A stretch of DNA of 32,000 nt from Aeropyrum pernix K1 (GTDB lineage Archaea; Thermoproteota; Thermoprotei_A; Sulfolobales; Acidilobaceae). Under the pieces are notes generated by a model. The model was not told the origin of the DNA, did no database searches, and was given only the letters and a program-made list of their open reading frames with translations. The stretch's first letter is position 1, and every line of letters begins with the position of its first letter. The position numbers and the translations under genes are program-made. Positions 7,714 through 16,569 of the stretch are shown piece by piece. The DNA lies in NCBI RefSeq assembly GCF_000011125.1, contig NC_000854.2, positions 1,350,001 to 1,382,000 of the forward strand. The letters run 5' to 3'.

Positions 7714-8931
7714 ATGAAAATGGCTTGGAGCAAGAGGGCTTTTAAGCTACTGTTGCTAGCGTGGGCTGCCACAGCTTTACTCCTTTCAGGAGCTTATCCT
7801 ATTAAGGTCCATGCTCTTTCTGACGAGGTCGCCGTAGAATATTCTGTAGAGGATAACATACTGTCAGTCAGCAGCTACTTCTACACTGTGAGGATAGATC
7901 TCGAGACAGGGAGGTTCATTTATGTTGATGTCAGAACAGTTGATGGCGGGTCTCGGACTCTCCTAGACGCTGGAGCTGGTATGGAAGCTTACCTACTGTC
8001 CGTCGGTGCCGAGGGTTTGGGGTCTCCAGTCGGAGAGTGGGAGGTGGCGTCTACATCAGAGTCCGATACTTTCTCCCTAATAACCTTAAGATCGAGCGTC
8101 GACAACGCGACAGTTGAAGCCCGTTTAACTTTCTACGCTTACAAACCGCAGATTGATATTGATATTGATATAATAAATGAGGGTGAAGAGAGCGTTGAGT
8201 TACAGAGCCCCTTCGGAGGTCCTGCCCTCGTTTTCGCTTCCAGCGTAGAGGAGGGATCCGCCTTTAAGACCGCCTATACCATCGTTGGAGAAGGTGGTGT
8301 GAAAGTAGAATCGGCCGATCTAGAGAGTCAGGCTACATTCTCCGGTATAGAGAGCATAGTTGTTGTCACAGAGTATCAGGGAGAACCTAGGTTACTACTC
8401 GGCCTCAAGGGGGTTAGTGGAGACACTATAGTTGTGGTAGACCCTGCTTATCAGATCCCAACAGGCGAGGGGGAAACGGCAACACAGCTCACATTGGTGC
8501 TGGGCCTTCTAAAACACGTTTTCGAGCCGGGCTCTGGAGCGTCGTTCGAAGCATCCCTCATACTTTCAGTCTACGACGCCTACACTGTAATCTCGACCGG
8601 CGTGTTCGACGAGGTATCTAGCATCTACCCGGACATTAAGGCAAGCGTCCCCACCGGGTTTGGGTTTGAAAAGAGGATAGCCGATCTAAACAGCAGGGTA
8701 GAGACGCTCAGGAACAGTCTAGATAGTCTTAGGAGCGAGAATGAAGAGCTGAAGAGGAAGCTAGACGAGCTTCAGGGTAGAGACGACTACTGGAACGCCA
8801 AAATTACTGAGCTAGAGGAAGAGCTACAGTTCTACAAAATAAGGTCCGAAAGGAACGGCATCCTAGCGCTCCTGGCATTCATAGCGGGCGCTGTGATAAG
8901 CGCTGCGGCAGTCTACACAGTAAAAAGATAA
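7714..8931 (+). CDS. Uncharacterised cell-surface protein: signal peptide, beta-rich ectodomain, coiled-coil stalk, C-terminal TM anchor
   Basis: 405 aa. N-terminal MKMAWSKRAFKLLLLAWAATALLLSGAYPIKVHA looks like a signal peptide. Residues about 320-375 are heptad-like and charged (LNSRVETLRNSLDSLRSENEELKRKLDELQ...ITELEEELQFYK). It ends with the TM helix ILALLAFIAGAVISAAAVYTV plus KR. I recognise no family. Confidence 0.7.
   Translation: MKMAWSKRAFKLLLLAWAATALLLSGAYPIKVHALSDEVAVEYSVEDNILSVSSYFYTVRIDLETGRFIYVDVRTVDGGSRTLLDAGAGMEAYLLSVGAEGLGSPVGEWEVASTSESDTFSLITLRSSVDNATVEARLTFYAYKPQIDIDIDIINEGEESVELQSPFGGPALVFASSVEEGSAFKTAYTIVGEGGVKVESADLESQATFSGIESIVVVTEYQGEPRLLLGLKGVSGDTIVVVDPAYQIPTGEGETATQLTLVLGLLKHVFEPGSGASFEASLILSVYDAYTVISTGVFDEVSSIYPDIKASVPTGFGFEKRIADLNSRVETLRNSLDSLRSENEELKRKLDELQGRDDYWNAKITELEEELQFYKIRSERNGILALLAFIAGAVISAAAVYTVKR
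8152..8169 (+). repeat. In-frame hexanucleotide tandem repeat (ATTGAT)x3 encoding the DIDIDI segment
   Basis: Read directly inside the 7714-8931 CDS. Confidence 0.9.
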
Positions 8932-8976
8932 GGATTGAAGCTGTGTATGGGCGTTACGTCTGCTTTCCCTCGACAC

Positions 8977-10416
8977 CTATTCTTCCACAGTTAGTGATCT
9001 GAATATTTCGAAGGGTCTTCTGAGGTTCTCAAGGTTCCACGCATCCTTTAGGAATTCTCTTCTCCTCTCCTCTGTTACCAGACCTTCGAGAAGCCTTGTG
9101 AATTTAGCCTCTACACCGCTCCTGTCGAGCGGGTTCTTGAAGTGGCCGGGCGGGTATATTGACTCCTCCTCTAGGGTTCGCCCGTCTCTAAGGCGTACTA
9201 TGACCTTGTTTCCTATGCCCTCGGGGTATATCTCATCATACTTGGGGTTAACCCTTATGCTCATCTTCTTCATAACTTTCCTCACATCATCCGCCAGGAA
9301 TCTCTCGGGCTTGAACGTTTCTAGCCACACCTTGCCGTCGAGGAGGGCTGCCGCTACTATGTAGGGCAGGCTGTGGTCCGCCGTCTCCCTCGTCTTTGGA
9401 TCCCACTTCTCCGGATCCTCCACTATTATTTTGTAGCTCACAGTGAAAGTCTCGACTTCAACACTTTCAATGTCATCAGGCTTTATATCTCCAGCTTTCT
9501 CCCTAAGTTTTAATGCCGCTTCCACAGCGCTCATTGAGTGGTACTCTACTGGCCAATATTTTATGCTAGTCTGCATCACCTTATACCCTCCTTCACCCAA
9601 GGGTGCTAGCTCGAACTTGTCTCCACATAGGGCGACTTTGAAGAACCCGAACTTGCCCTCGAAAACAGGGCTAGGCCCTGTCATCCCCTTCCATGCAAGT
9701 AGCGCTGAGAAGAGACCGTTCCTGGCTGCATGGGCCGCGGCACAGCCCTTCCACATGCTCAGTTCTCCAGCTCTGGTTTGTCTGAGTGCTAGTCCTGTAG
9801 TAACTGCTATGTTTATAGCGTGCTCTATACCGTCCTCGTCTAAGCCGAGTATTTTGGCCGCCCCCGCGGCGCTGGCTATACCTATGTATACAGTGTGATC
9901 CCACCCTCTAGACCTAACGCTGTAGCTGTCCGCCAGGCGAGCGGCTATCTCGTAGGCCGCCACTATACCCTCGATGAGGCTCTTACCGTCGGCATCAACT
10001 ATCTCGGCTGCAGCCACGAGAGCAGGTATGGTGTCGCTAGGATGTAGAGCCTCTTTCGAAAGATAGGTGTCATTAAAGTCGAAGTATCTGGCTGCGCATC
10101 CGTTTGTGAAAGCGGCCTGATCGGCTGAGGCGTAGCTGAGGGTTCCCCAGATAAGAGAGGATATTCTGGAGCCTGTAGTGCCCAACGCTATAGACCTGGA
10201 TATTCTCACGGGCTCCTCGTTGAAAGCACCAACAGCAACGCCAGCGGTGTCAACGACTCTCTTCTTAACCTCCTCTACAACCTCGCTAGGTATATCGCTG
10301 AAGCGTAGGGAGTGTACCCATCGGGCCATAGCCTTAGCTACAGTCTCGCCCAAACCACTACACCAGTCAAAGCTTTGTAGATGAGGCGGCCTAATTTGGC
10401 GACGACCGCCGAGCAT
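8977..10416 (-). CDS. MmgE/PrpD family protein (2-methylcitrate dehydratase-like)
   Basis: 479-aa ORF with PrpD-family similarity throughout. The typical family N-terminus (MARWVHSLRFSDIPSEVVEEVKKRVVDTAGVAVGA) begins at the ATG at 10329, so the first 29 codons of the ORF-track model are probably not translated. Confidence 0.9.
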   Translation of the reverse strand: MLGGRRQIRPPHLQSFDWCSGLGETVAKAMARWVHSLRFSDIPSEVVEEVKKRVVDTAGVAVGAFNEEPVRISRSIALGTTGSRISSLIWGTLSYASADQAAFTNGCAARYFDFNDTYLSKEALHPSDTIPALVAAAEIVDADGKSLIEGIVAAYEIAARLADSYSVRSRGWDHTVYIGIASAAGAAKILGLDEDGIEHAINIAVTTGLALRQTRAGELSMWKGCAAAHAARNGLFSALLAWKGMTGPSPVFEGKFGFFKVALCGDKFELAPLGEGGYKVMQTSIKYWPVEYHSMSAVEAALKLREKAGDIKPDDIESVEVETFTVSYKIIVEDPEKWDPKTRETADHSLPYIVAAALLDGKVWLETFKPERFLADDVRKVMKKMSIRVNPKYDEIYPEGIGNKVIVRLRDGRTLEEESIYPPGHFKNPLDRSGVEAKFTRLLEGLVTEERRREFLKDAWNLENLRRPFEIFRSLTVEE

Positions 10417-10711
10417 ATATGCTGAGGGTTTTTGGTACTGGCATTATCTCGCGTTAACTGGTGAAAACTTGTGTGCCTTCCCAATTACTGCTGTGAAGAA
10501 AATGTTCCTCTCTATCCAATTTGATGGATCGATTTTAGTGGCGGGTTCTATACTTTGAAACTCCATGTCTATGGTTCGTGTTGGATAGGTTTTGGCAGCC
10601 AGCATAAATGACGCTGGGGCTGCTGCTGTCGTACTTTAGTTGTTTCCCTTTTTCCCTCCTCTCATCTGCCTTTGTCTTGTACATACTAAACGATAAGTTT
10701 TGTTATGCAGG

Positions 10712-10720
10712 TATTAATTA
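10712..10720 (+). promoter_or_regulatory. Putative TATA box (TATTAATTA) for a leaderless thi4 transcript
   Basis: Centre is about 23 nt upstream of ATG 10739. It abuts the TTG at 10724, which argues against 10724 as the real start. Confidence 0.35.
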
Positions 10721-10723
10721 CTA

Positions 10724-11551
10724 TTGGTGAATAGTAACATGGTGTTTGCCCGGGTTAACGAGGCAGATGTTACGGAGGCTATTTTGGATGGTTTCTACAG
10801 CTCTTTGAAGAAGCATCTTAGGAGCGACGTAATAGTGGTTGGCGCTGGTCCTGCTGGCCTTACAGCAGCTTGGAGGCTGGCGGAGGCGGGGGCCAGAGTT
10901 CTTATTGTGGAGCAGAACAACTATCTGGGCGGCGGCCTATGGCTTGGAGGGTACTTTATGAACCCGGTCACCATAAGGGCACCGGCCCAGAGGATTTTAG
11001 ACGAGCTGGAGGTTCCGTATGAGGCAGTAAAGCCAGGCTTATATCGGACTAAGGGGCCGCTTCTGGCCGCAAAGCTGGCGGCAAGGGCCCTCGAGGCGGG
11101 TGCTGAGGTCCTCAACCTTACAATGCTTGACGACGTTATAGTGGAGAACAGTAGGGTTGCTGGTGTTGTAGTCAACTGGAGCCCAGTCCAGGGTCTGCCA
11201 CGCCAGATAACCTGTGTAGATCCTGTAGGCCTAAGGGCAGAATATGTGGTGGACGCCACGGGCCATGACGCCGTGGTCACGAGGAAGCTAGCCGAGAGAG
11301 GCATGGTAGAGGCGTCCAAGCTGGGTCCGATGTGGGTTGAGAGGAGTGAGGACCTGGTTGTGGAGAAGACGGGCGAGGTTTATCCAGGCCTGGTGGTTGC
11401 AGGTATAGCTGTAGCCGAAGTCTATGGATTGCCGAGGATGGGGCCGACATTCGGAGCTATGCTGTTATCTGGTGAGAAGGCTGCAGCTCTCATCGGGGAG
11501 AAGCTTGGCTTGAAAGTTAAGGTGGCTGCGGCCCCGGCCTCCCAAGCCTAG
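10724..11551 (+). CDS. thi4: Thiazole synthase Thi4 (archaeal ADP-thiazole synthase / ribulose-1,5-bisphosphate isomerase-like family)
   Basis: Dinucleotide-binding DVIVVGAGPAGLTAAWRLAE, NYLGGGLWLGG and VVDATGHDAVV motifs, with typical length. The likely true start is ATG 10739 (MVFARVNEADV...). Confidence 0.9.
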   Translation: MVNSNMVFARVNEADVTEAILDGFYSSLKKHLRSDVIVVGAGPAGLTAAWRLAEAGARVLIVEQNNYLGGGLWLGGYFMNPVTIRAPAQRILDELEVPYEAVKPGLYRTKGPLLAAKLAARALEAGAEVLNLTMLDDVIVENSRVAGVVVNWSPVQGLPRQITCVDPVGLRAEYVVDATGHDAVVTRKLAERGMVEASKLGPMWVERSEDLVVEKTGEVYPGLVVAGIAVAEVYGLPRMGPTFGAMLLSGEKAAALIGEKLGLKVKVAAAPASQA

Positions 11552-13059
11552 CGTGTATGCGCCTCATCCTCTTCAACACTCTCTTCAGCTTTTTTCACTA
11601 CAAGATAGGGGCCTTCCTTGTCCACGACCACAACTTTGTCACCCCTAGCCACCGGTGTAATGGCTTTCGCCTTCCAGTACTCACCCTCCACCAGTATGAA
11701 GCCTGTTCCGCCTTCGGGAATATCGTCTACAGCCTCTCCTACGGCCCCTTTAAGCTTCCATAGAGTCTGCGGAGCCCTCTTTGCCTTAACAACCTTGTAT
11801 ACGACGAATGCCGTGAGACCGCCCATAGTGGCTCCCAAAGCGTAGGTGGTGTATAGGAGTGTTTTAGCATAGCTTTCTCCAACCGCGAACCCCTCGCCCC
11901 TTATGGGGAGTAGTATGACGCCGAAGACTAGCATGGCTATGCCTGTGCCCCCTATTATGCCGAAGCCGGGGGTGTACAGCTCTATGAAGACGAGTATAGC
12001 CCCCCCTATTATGAGGATGAGGGCGGCTGTGTTGGGGTTGAACCCTGATCCAACTAAGCCCAGGACTAGTAGGAAGCCGCCGAGCGCTATTCCAGGCAGG
12101 TTACCGCTGGCGATGCTGAAGAGGAGAGCCAGGGCTCCTATGCTCAAAAGTATGCCCGAGAGCATGGGGTCTGAGAGAGAGTGTAGAACCCGTATTCTAA
12201 GGTCGGGCTCTAGGACCTCGTAGCTGCCGTTGACGTCTATGAGCACCGTCTCCCCTATAGGCAGCCTCACTACTTTCCCATCTATAAGCTGGAGAAGCTC
12301 GCTCCTGTCCCTGGCTATAAGGTCTATAACACCCTTTTCCAAGGCCTCCTCCGCACCATAGTTGTCGTTGTACAGGACGAATCTAACCAGGGCTTCGGGG
12401 TTCCTCCCCCTGGTTGCGCCGTGCTCACATAGGGTTTTGACTATGGGGTTGATGATTTTTGAGTCGAGAACCGGCTGGTAGCTGCCTGTAGTGGGATCGT
12501 AAGCTATAGGCTGTACAGAGCCTATAATAGTCCCAGGCTGCATGGCTGCTATGTGAGTTGACATTAGTATCATAGTCCCAGCGCTCTCAGCCCATTTCTC
12601 GACTACATAACCCACTACAGGAATTCTTGCTTTGGATATGGACACAACCATCTCCGTTGCGGCATCCACAAAGCCGCCTGGCGTGTTAAGCTCGACTATA
12701 AGCACGGCGTTCTCCTCCTCGGCCCTCTCTATAGACTGCTTCAGGTAGTCCATCATTGCATTGTCTATAGTACCCTCTATCCTAATTATCAGAGCTTTAG
12801 GACCTACCACTCTCTCATAAGATGTGGCATCAGGCATGATACCGAACTTCTTCTCGTAAGCCTTGCACTCTTTAACCAGGCTTTCGAAATCAGCTTTGCC
12901 CGGGACAGGCTGTTCCCCAGCCGTAGTTGTGGTAGTCTCAACTGTCTCCTGAGCCTTTGCATAGGTGGCTGCGAAAGCGAGAGCTAGGGCTAGCAGGAGC
13001 CCCGCTGTGGTGAGAAGAGGTAAAAACCGCTTCAGACCGGCTTTCCCCATACTTTCCAA
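11548..13059 (-). CDS. NfeD-family membrane-bound ClpP-class serine protease (stomatin operon partner)
   Basis: 503 aa. N-terminal signal/TM, ClpP-like domain (LNTPGGFVDAATEMV ... AESAGTMILMS), a block of TM helices and a C-terminal NfeD OB-fold (GFILVEGEYWKAKA...GDKVVVVDKEG). Starts 4 nt downstream of the stomatin gene on the same strand. Confidence 0.9.
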   Translation of the reverse strand: MESMGKAGLKRFLPLLTTAGLLLALALAFAATYAKAQETVETTTTTAGEQPVPGKADFESLVKECKAYEKKFGIMPDATSYERVVGPKALIIRIEGTIDNAMMDYLKQSIERAEEENAVLIVELNTPGGFVDAATEMVVSISKARIPVVGYVVEKWAESAGTMILMSTHIAAMQPGTIIGSVQPIAYDPTTGSYQPVLDSKIINPIVKTLCEHGATRGRNPEALVRFVLYNDNYGAEEALEKGVIDLIARDRSELLQLIDGKVVRLPIGETVLIDVNGSYEVLEPDLRIRVLHSLSDPMLSGILLSIGALALLFSIASGNLPGIALGGFLLVLGLVGSGFNPNTAALILIIGGAILVFIELYTPGFGIIGGTGIAMLVFGVILLPIRGEGFAVGESYAKTLLYTTYALGATMGGLTAFVVYKVVKAKRAPQTLWKLKGAVGEAVDDIPEGGTGFILVEGEYWKAKAITPVARGDKVVVVDKEGPYLVVKKAEESVEEDEAHTR

Positions 13060-13063
13060 ACCC

Positions 13064-13900
13064 TCACTCTCTCCGTTCTAGTACTCTACCCTGCATTCCT
13101 TGGGCCATAAGGCCTATCATATCCTCAGCCCCCATTCTCAAGGGAGTTACCACGACAAGGTTCTTCTCCTTGGCCACCTCTATAAGGGTCTGCAGCTCCC
13201 TCAGCCTAAGCGCGGCTGGATGTTTCTCATAGAACTCTGCAGCTTCAGCCATAATCTTGGCAGCCTGCCTCTCACCCTCGGCCTCTATAATCCTAGCCCT
13301 CCTCCACCTCTCTGCCTCGGCCTGCTTTGCCATGGCCCTTAGCATCGACTCCGGCAGCTTGACCTCTTTTATCGTGACTGCAGTAACCTTGATACCCCAG
13401 GGGTCTGTTAGCTGGTCTAGGATTTCTTGGAGCTTCTTGTTAATCTCTTCCCGCTTGGTTAGTAGGTCGTCGAGCTCTACCTGGCCGATAACGTCTCTTA
13501 GTGTGGTCTGTGCAAGCATAACCACAGCATAATGGTAATTCTCTATTCTGACCACAGCCTTCTCCGGGTCGAACACCTTATAGTAGACCACAGCGTCAAC
13601 ACCAACGGTAACGTTGTCCTTCGTTATGGTCCTCTGCTCGGGTATGTCGACCGTAACTATCCTCAGATCAACTTTAACGAGCGTGTCTACGAATGGTATG
13701 ATGAGGAATAGCCCTGGGCCTTTAACCCCTATAAGCCTTCCCAGCCTGAAGATGACAGCTCTTTCATACTCCCTCACTATCTTAATGCTCATCGACAATA
13801 GTATAAGCACTATCAGGAGTGCTACTCCTACTGGTATTAGAGCTTGGCCCAGGAGGACGTTAACTCCTGGTATTATCATTACACCCACCATCCAAACCAT
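13064..13900 (-). CDS. SPFH/band-7 family protein (prokaryotic stomatin)
   Basis: 278 aa. N-terminal TM hairpin, then the SPFH core (IVREYERAVIFRLGR ... DLRIVTVDIPEQ ... TKDNV) and a coiled-coil region (AEAERWRRARIIEAEGERQAA). Confidence 0.92.
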   Translation of the reverse strand: MVWMVGVMIIPGVNVLLGQALIPVGVALLIVLILLSMSIKIVREYERAVIFRLGRLIGVKGPGLFLIIPFVDTLVKVDLRIVTVDIPEQRTITKDNVTVGVDAVVYYKVFDPEKAVVRIENYHYAVVMLAQTTLRDVIGQVELDDLLTKREEINKKLQEILDQLTDPWGIKVTAVTIKEVKLPESMLRAMAKQAEAERWRRARIIEAEGERQAAKIMAEAAEFYEKHPAALRLRELQTLIEVAKEKNLVVVTPLRMGAEDMIGLMAQGMQGRVLERRE

Positions 13901-14029
13901 TTATATAGATAGTCTATGTTAATATGCTATCTTATCAAACACTCGGAGAGCCCAACTGGTTTCCCCTCCCTCAGGGTTAAGATATCTAAGCCTAGCCCGG
14001 CAACCTTGTTAGGTAGGGAGTAGAAAGGG

Positions 14030-14887
14030 TTGGGCGCGGGCGCCGTTGCTGAGGAAGAGAGAGTAGAGGAGAATAGGGATATTGAGGCCGACGTATGGTT
14101 CCACGTTCAAGAGCTTATAATGAGGTTGAGGAAGGTTGCGATAGCGTTTGCGGTAGCATCAATAATCGTACCCTTAATCCCTGTCAGCATAGCACCATAT
14201 GTCCCTCTCCTCACCGTGTTTACCAAGTACTTCATAAACTCCGTTGTCCCCAGCACCATAGACGTCCTTGGATATCATGTCGAGGTTAGACTTATACAGA
14301 CAAGTCCTTTCGCCGGCCTCTCCCTACTTATAAAAACAGCTCTACTCATGGGCCTCCTGGTAGTTAGCCCTCTCCTCGCCTACGAGCTCTACGCGTTCAT
14401 AAAGCCGGCGCTGTATCCGCATGAAGACAGGTTCGTACGGACGCTCGGCCCTATAGCTGTAGGCCTCTTCATGTTCGGGGCTCTAATCGCGTTTAAAGTG
14501 ATCCTCCCCCTAGGGTACGCTATAAGCTTTGTCACAAGTGTAGTCCTAGTTGGTGATAAGCTTGTGGCATTCGCTGATGTAAATAACATACTGCAGACAA
14601 GCATACTCGTCATCGTGGGGGTCGGCCTGCTCTACGAGACTCCGGTCCTGCTGTACGGAGCAGTGAGAGCGGGTCTCGTCAGCCCCAACATTCTCTCCGG
14701 CGATAAAGGTAGGATGGTGCTCCTGGGTCTCCTTGCTCTGGGCGCCGTTATCAGCCCCGACGGGACAGGGCTTGGAATGCTCGTGCTAACACTACCTCTC
14801 TTTGCAGCCTTGAAACTAGCAGTATGGTTTGGAGCTAAATCGAGAAAATCTGGAGAAGCCCTGGCGGGAACCGGCCTTCAGCCCTAG
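14030..14887 (+). CDS. tatC: Twin-arginine translocase subunit TatC
   Basis: 285 aa, six predicted TM helices. N-terminal HVQELIMRLRK matches the TatC h..ELR.R motif. SPFAGLSLLIKTALLMG and YELYAFIKPALYPHEDRF match conserved TatC blocks. TTG start. Confidence 0.88.
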   Translation: MGAGAVAEEERVEENRDIEADVWFHVQELIMRLRKVAIAFAVASIIVPLIPVSIAPYVPLLTVFTKYFINSVVPSTIDVLGYHVEVRLIQTSPFAGLSLLIKTALLMGLLVVSPLLAYELYAFIKPALYPHEDRFVRTLGPIAVGLFMFGALIAFKVILPLGYAISFVTSVVLVGDKLVAFADVNNILQTSILVIVGVGLLYETPVLLYGAVRAGLVSPNILSGDKGRMVLLGLLALGAVISPDGTGLGMLVLTLPLFAALKLAVWFGAKSRKSGEALAGTGLQP

Positions 14888-14890
14888 GTA

Positions 14891-15118
14891 TTAATCCAAC
14901 CCCTTCCTCTTCCTTTCCTCACTAGCCTCCGACATAGCACGTCTGAACTCTTTAACAGCGGTTCCAAGATTCCTCGCTATCTCTGTAAGCCTCTCGGGCC
15001 CAAACACGATCAACGCTATCACGAATATTATGATTAGTTCTGTCAGCCCTACGGTATCGACGAGAACCAAGGCTTGATCCCATAGATTATTATTATTGCG
15101 TGTAGTAGCTAAAAGCAA
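14891..15118 (-). CDS. tatA: Second TatA/TatE paralog
   Basis: LTELIIIFVIALIVFGPERLTEIARNLGTAVKEFRRAM is a canonical TatA TM-hinge-amphipathic helix. The ORF-track start is TTG 15118. An internal TTG (codon 17, giving M-VLVDTVGLTEL...) would give a more typical N-terminus. Convergent with tatC, with only 3 bp between the stop codons. Confidence 0.8.
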   Translation of the reverse strand: MLLATTRNNNNLWDQALVLVDTVGLTELIIIFVIALIVFGPERLTEIARNLGTAVKEFRRAMSEASEERKRKGLD

Positions 15119-15120
15119 TC

Positions 15121-15837
15121 GGCAGTACTATACGGAACCTCGTATAGCCAGCGGTTCCCCCTAAATGTTAATTCCAAACTGTTCTAACTAAGGTTTATAG
15201 CCGCATCCAGAGAGTTCCGCTCTGCCCCTTAGGGTTAATCCTGTGGGGTCCTGATATGCTTAGTTCATGATAGGCACGATCTAATAAAAAGGCTGTCTTT
15301 GAGTTTCTGCTTCGTTACGCCCTCCTGGCTACTGAGGTCTCTAGGCTTCTGAAACCAGTTGAGGGCAGGGTTAGCGTAAGGGGGAGGAGCTTCTACGTAC
15401 CGCAGGTTCCTGATTACGTCTTCGTAGCCCCCACGCTTGAGCGGGAGATAGCGGAGGCTAGGGCCAAAGGAGGCGGCGACCCTGAGAGGCTACTCTCAAA
15501 ATTCGCCTGGTATAGGGGGCTCAGGAGTGCATCGCCTTATAGCCTGAGCCACGGTCAGAGAAGGATTGTAGGGCTAGCTGTAGCTCTGGCATATAGGCCC
15601 CAGTTGACTCTTCTGGACGAGCCAACCACGGGACTAGACAGGGAGGCCTACGAGAGTGTGCGGGCAGCTATACTCGAGCTTTCTCTCGACTCGGCTGTTA
15701 TAGTGGCTACTCACGATGTTAGGCTCGTCGGTGATGTGGCCGATAGGGTGTATATGGTTAGGGATGGAGTGCTCTCTGAGGTCGATAAGCGGAGAGCCGT
15801 AGGGGCTATGGAGGAAGCCTGGAAGTCTTGGGGTTGA
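15121..15837 (+). pseudogene. Decayed ECF/Cbi-type ABC transporter ATPase (EcfA/CbiO-like): N-terminal third disrupted, Walker A lost
   Basis: One frame (codon starts at position = 1 mod 3) reads IRNLV*PAVPPKC*FQTVLTKVYSRIQRVPLCPLGLILWGPDMLSS**ARSNKK...LLKPVEGRVSVRG...YVPQVPDYVFVAPTLEREI...YSLSHGQRRIVGLAVALAYRPQLTLLDEPTTGLD...ATHD. This follows the ABC ATPase order (Q-loop region, signature, Walker B, H-loop). There are four in-frame stops (15145-47, 15169-71, 15268-70, 15271-73). GPDMLSS** stands where GPNGSGKST should be. There is no ATG/GTG/TTG between 15274 and 15604. Confidence 0.7.
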
Positions 15838-16559
15838 GTGCGGTGGTCAGGCTTAAACCCAGGCCTTGGGCACTCTTCGTCTACGGCATTCTCGTGACCA
15901 TAATAGCCATTGTGGGCAGCGGCAGGGAGCTGCTGGCTACATTCCTAATCACGGGCGTGCCGGGGTTCGTGTTGGGCTTCGCCCGTTACAGGTTTCTAGT
16001 GCTCCTCATACCCCTGACAGTTATAGGCACCTTCCTTAACGCCCTCGCAATATACTATACAGGGCTAGCCAGAGAGCCGGGAGACGTAGTGGCTAGAATC
16101 TGGGTTGTTGAGATACCCGAGTTTGCAGTGGAGACTACGGCAGTCATAGCGTTGAGGGTCTTCAGTTTCGCCGGCGCCGGGCTTCTACTAGTCTCGCTGG
16201 TTAGCCCTAGGGATGCTTTGAGAAGCTTAACCGAGGAGCTTGGTCTGCCGAAGGGTCTGGCCTTCAGCCTAGCCTTCGCCTTAAGACTGTTCCCTCTCAT
16301 AAGGAGAGATCTAGGCGAGGTTATGGCTGTCAGGAGGCTGCGCGGCTATAGAACTATACCCCTCTCGCCGAGCGACTACATGTCGATAATAGCCCCACTC
16401 CTAAACGTCTCTCTCGAGAGGGCTGTCTGGGTCGGGGTTTCGGCTGAGCTAAGGGGTTTTAGGCTAAGGCGGGTGAGGAGGAGGCTTACCTTCGGTCTGC
16501 CCGAGGCTTTCCTCGCTATCCTACTTATAATCCAGGCGGCCGCCGTCCTCATACTGTGA
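15828..16559 (+). CDS. ECF transporter T component / CbiQ-family permease
   Basis: 243 aa, multi-TM. It has two A-x(2-3)-RG motifs typical of EcfT/CbiQ (MAVRRLRGY and SAELRGF). The TTG start overlaps the stop of the upstream ATPase remnant by 10 nt. Confidence 0.78.
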   Translation: MGLSAVVRLKPRPWALFVYGILVTIIAIVGSGRELLATFLITGVPGFVLGFARYRFLVLLIPLTVIGTFLNALAIYYTGLAREPGDVVARIWVVEIPEFAVETTAVIALRVFSFAGAGLLLVSLVSPRDALRSLTEELGLPKGLAFSLAFALRLFPLIRRDLGEVMAVRRLRGYRTIPLSPSDYMSIIAPLLNVSLERAVWVGVSAELRGFRLRRVRRRLTFGLPEAFLAILLIIQAAAVLIL

Positions 16560-16569
16560 GACTGCTTGG

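Noticed and set aside
9443-9898. Long antisense ORFs inside well-supported genes (for example 9443-9898 +, 10921-11319 -, 25652-26029 +, 25996-26406 +, 28987-29397 +, 3289-3672 +)
   Set aside because: These are typical shadow ORFs of GC-rich coding sequence. Their products are Ser/Pro/Arg/Leu-rich with no recognisable motifs, and each lies fully inside a gene with strong homology on the other strand.
10421-10450. GAGAUAAUGCCAGUACC (minus strand), which resembles the UGGAUAAUGCCAGCG core of the TPP riboswitch, near the thiamine gene thi4
   Set aside because: It lies on the wrong strand for thi4, in the leader side of the PrpD-like gene. It lacks the partner CUGG stem and the CUGAGA element in the proper arrangement. 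TPP riboswitches are not established in Crenarchaeota. It is most likely a chance match.
15604-15837. Calling the 77-aa ORF as a bona fide small ABC-related gene
   Set aside because: It starts at Walker B of an ABC ATPase whose upstream homologous sequence continues in the same frame without a start codon and with in-frame stops. It is better explained as the 3' remnant of a pseudogene.
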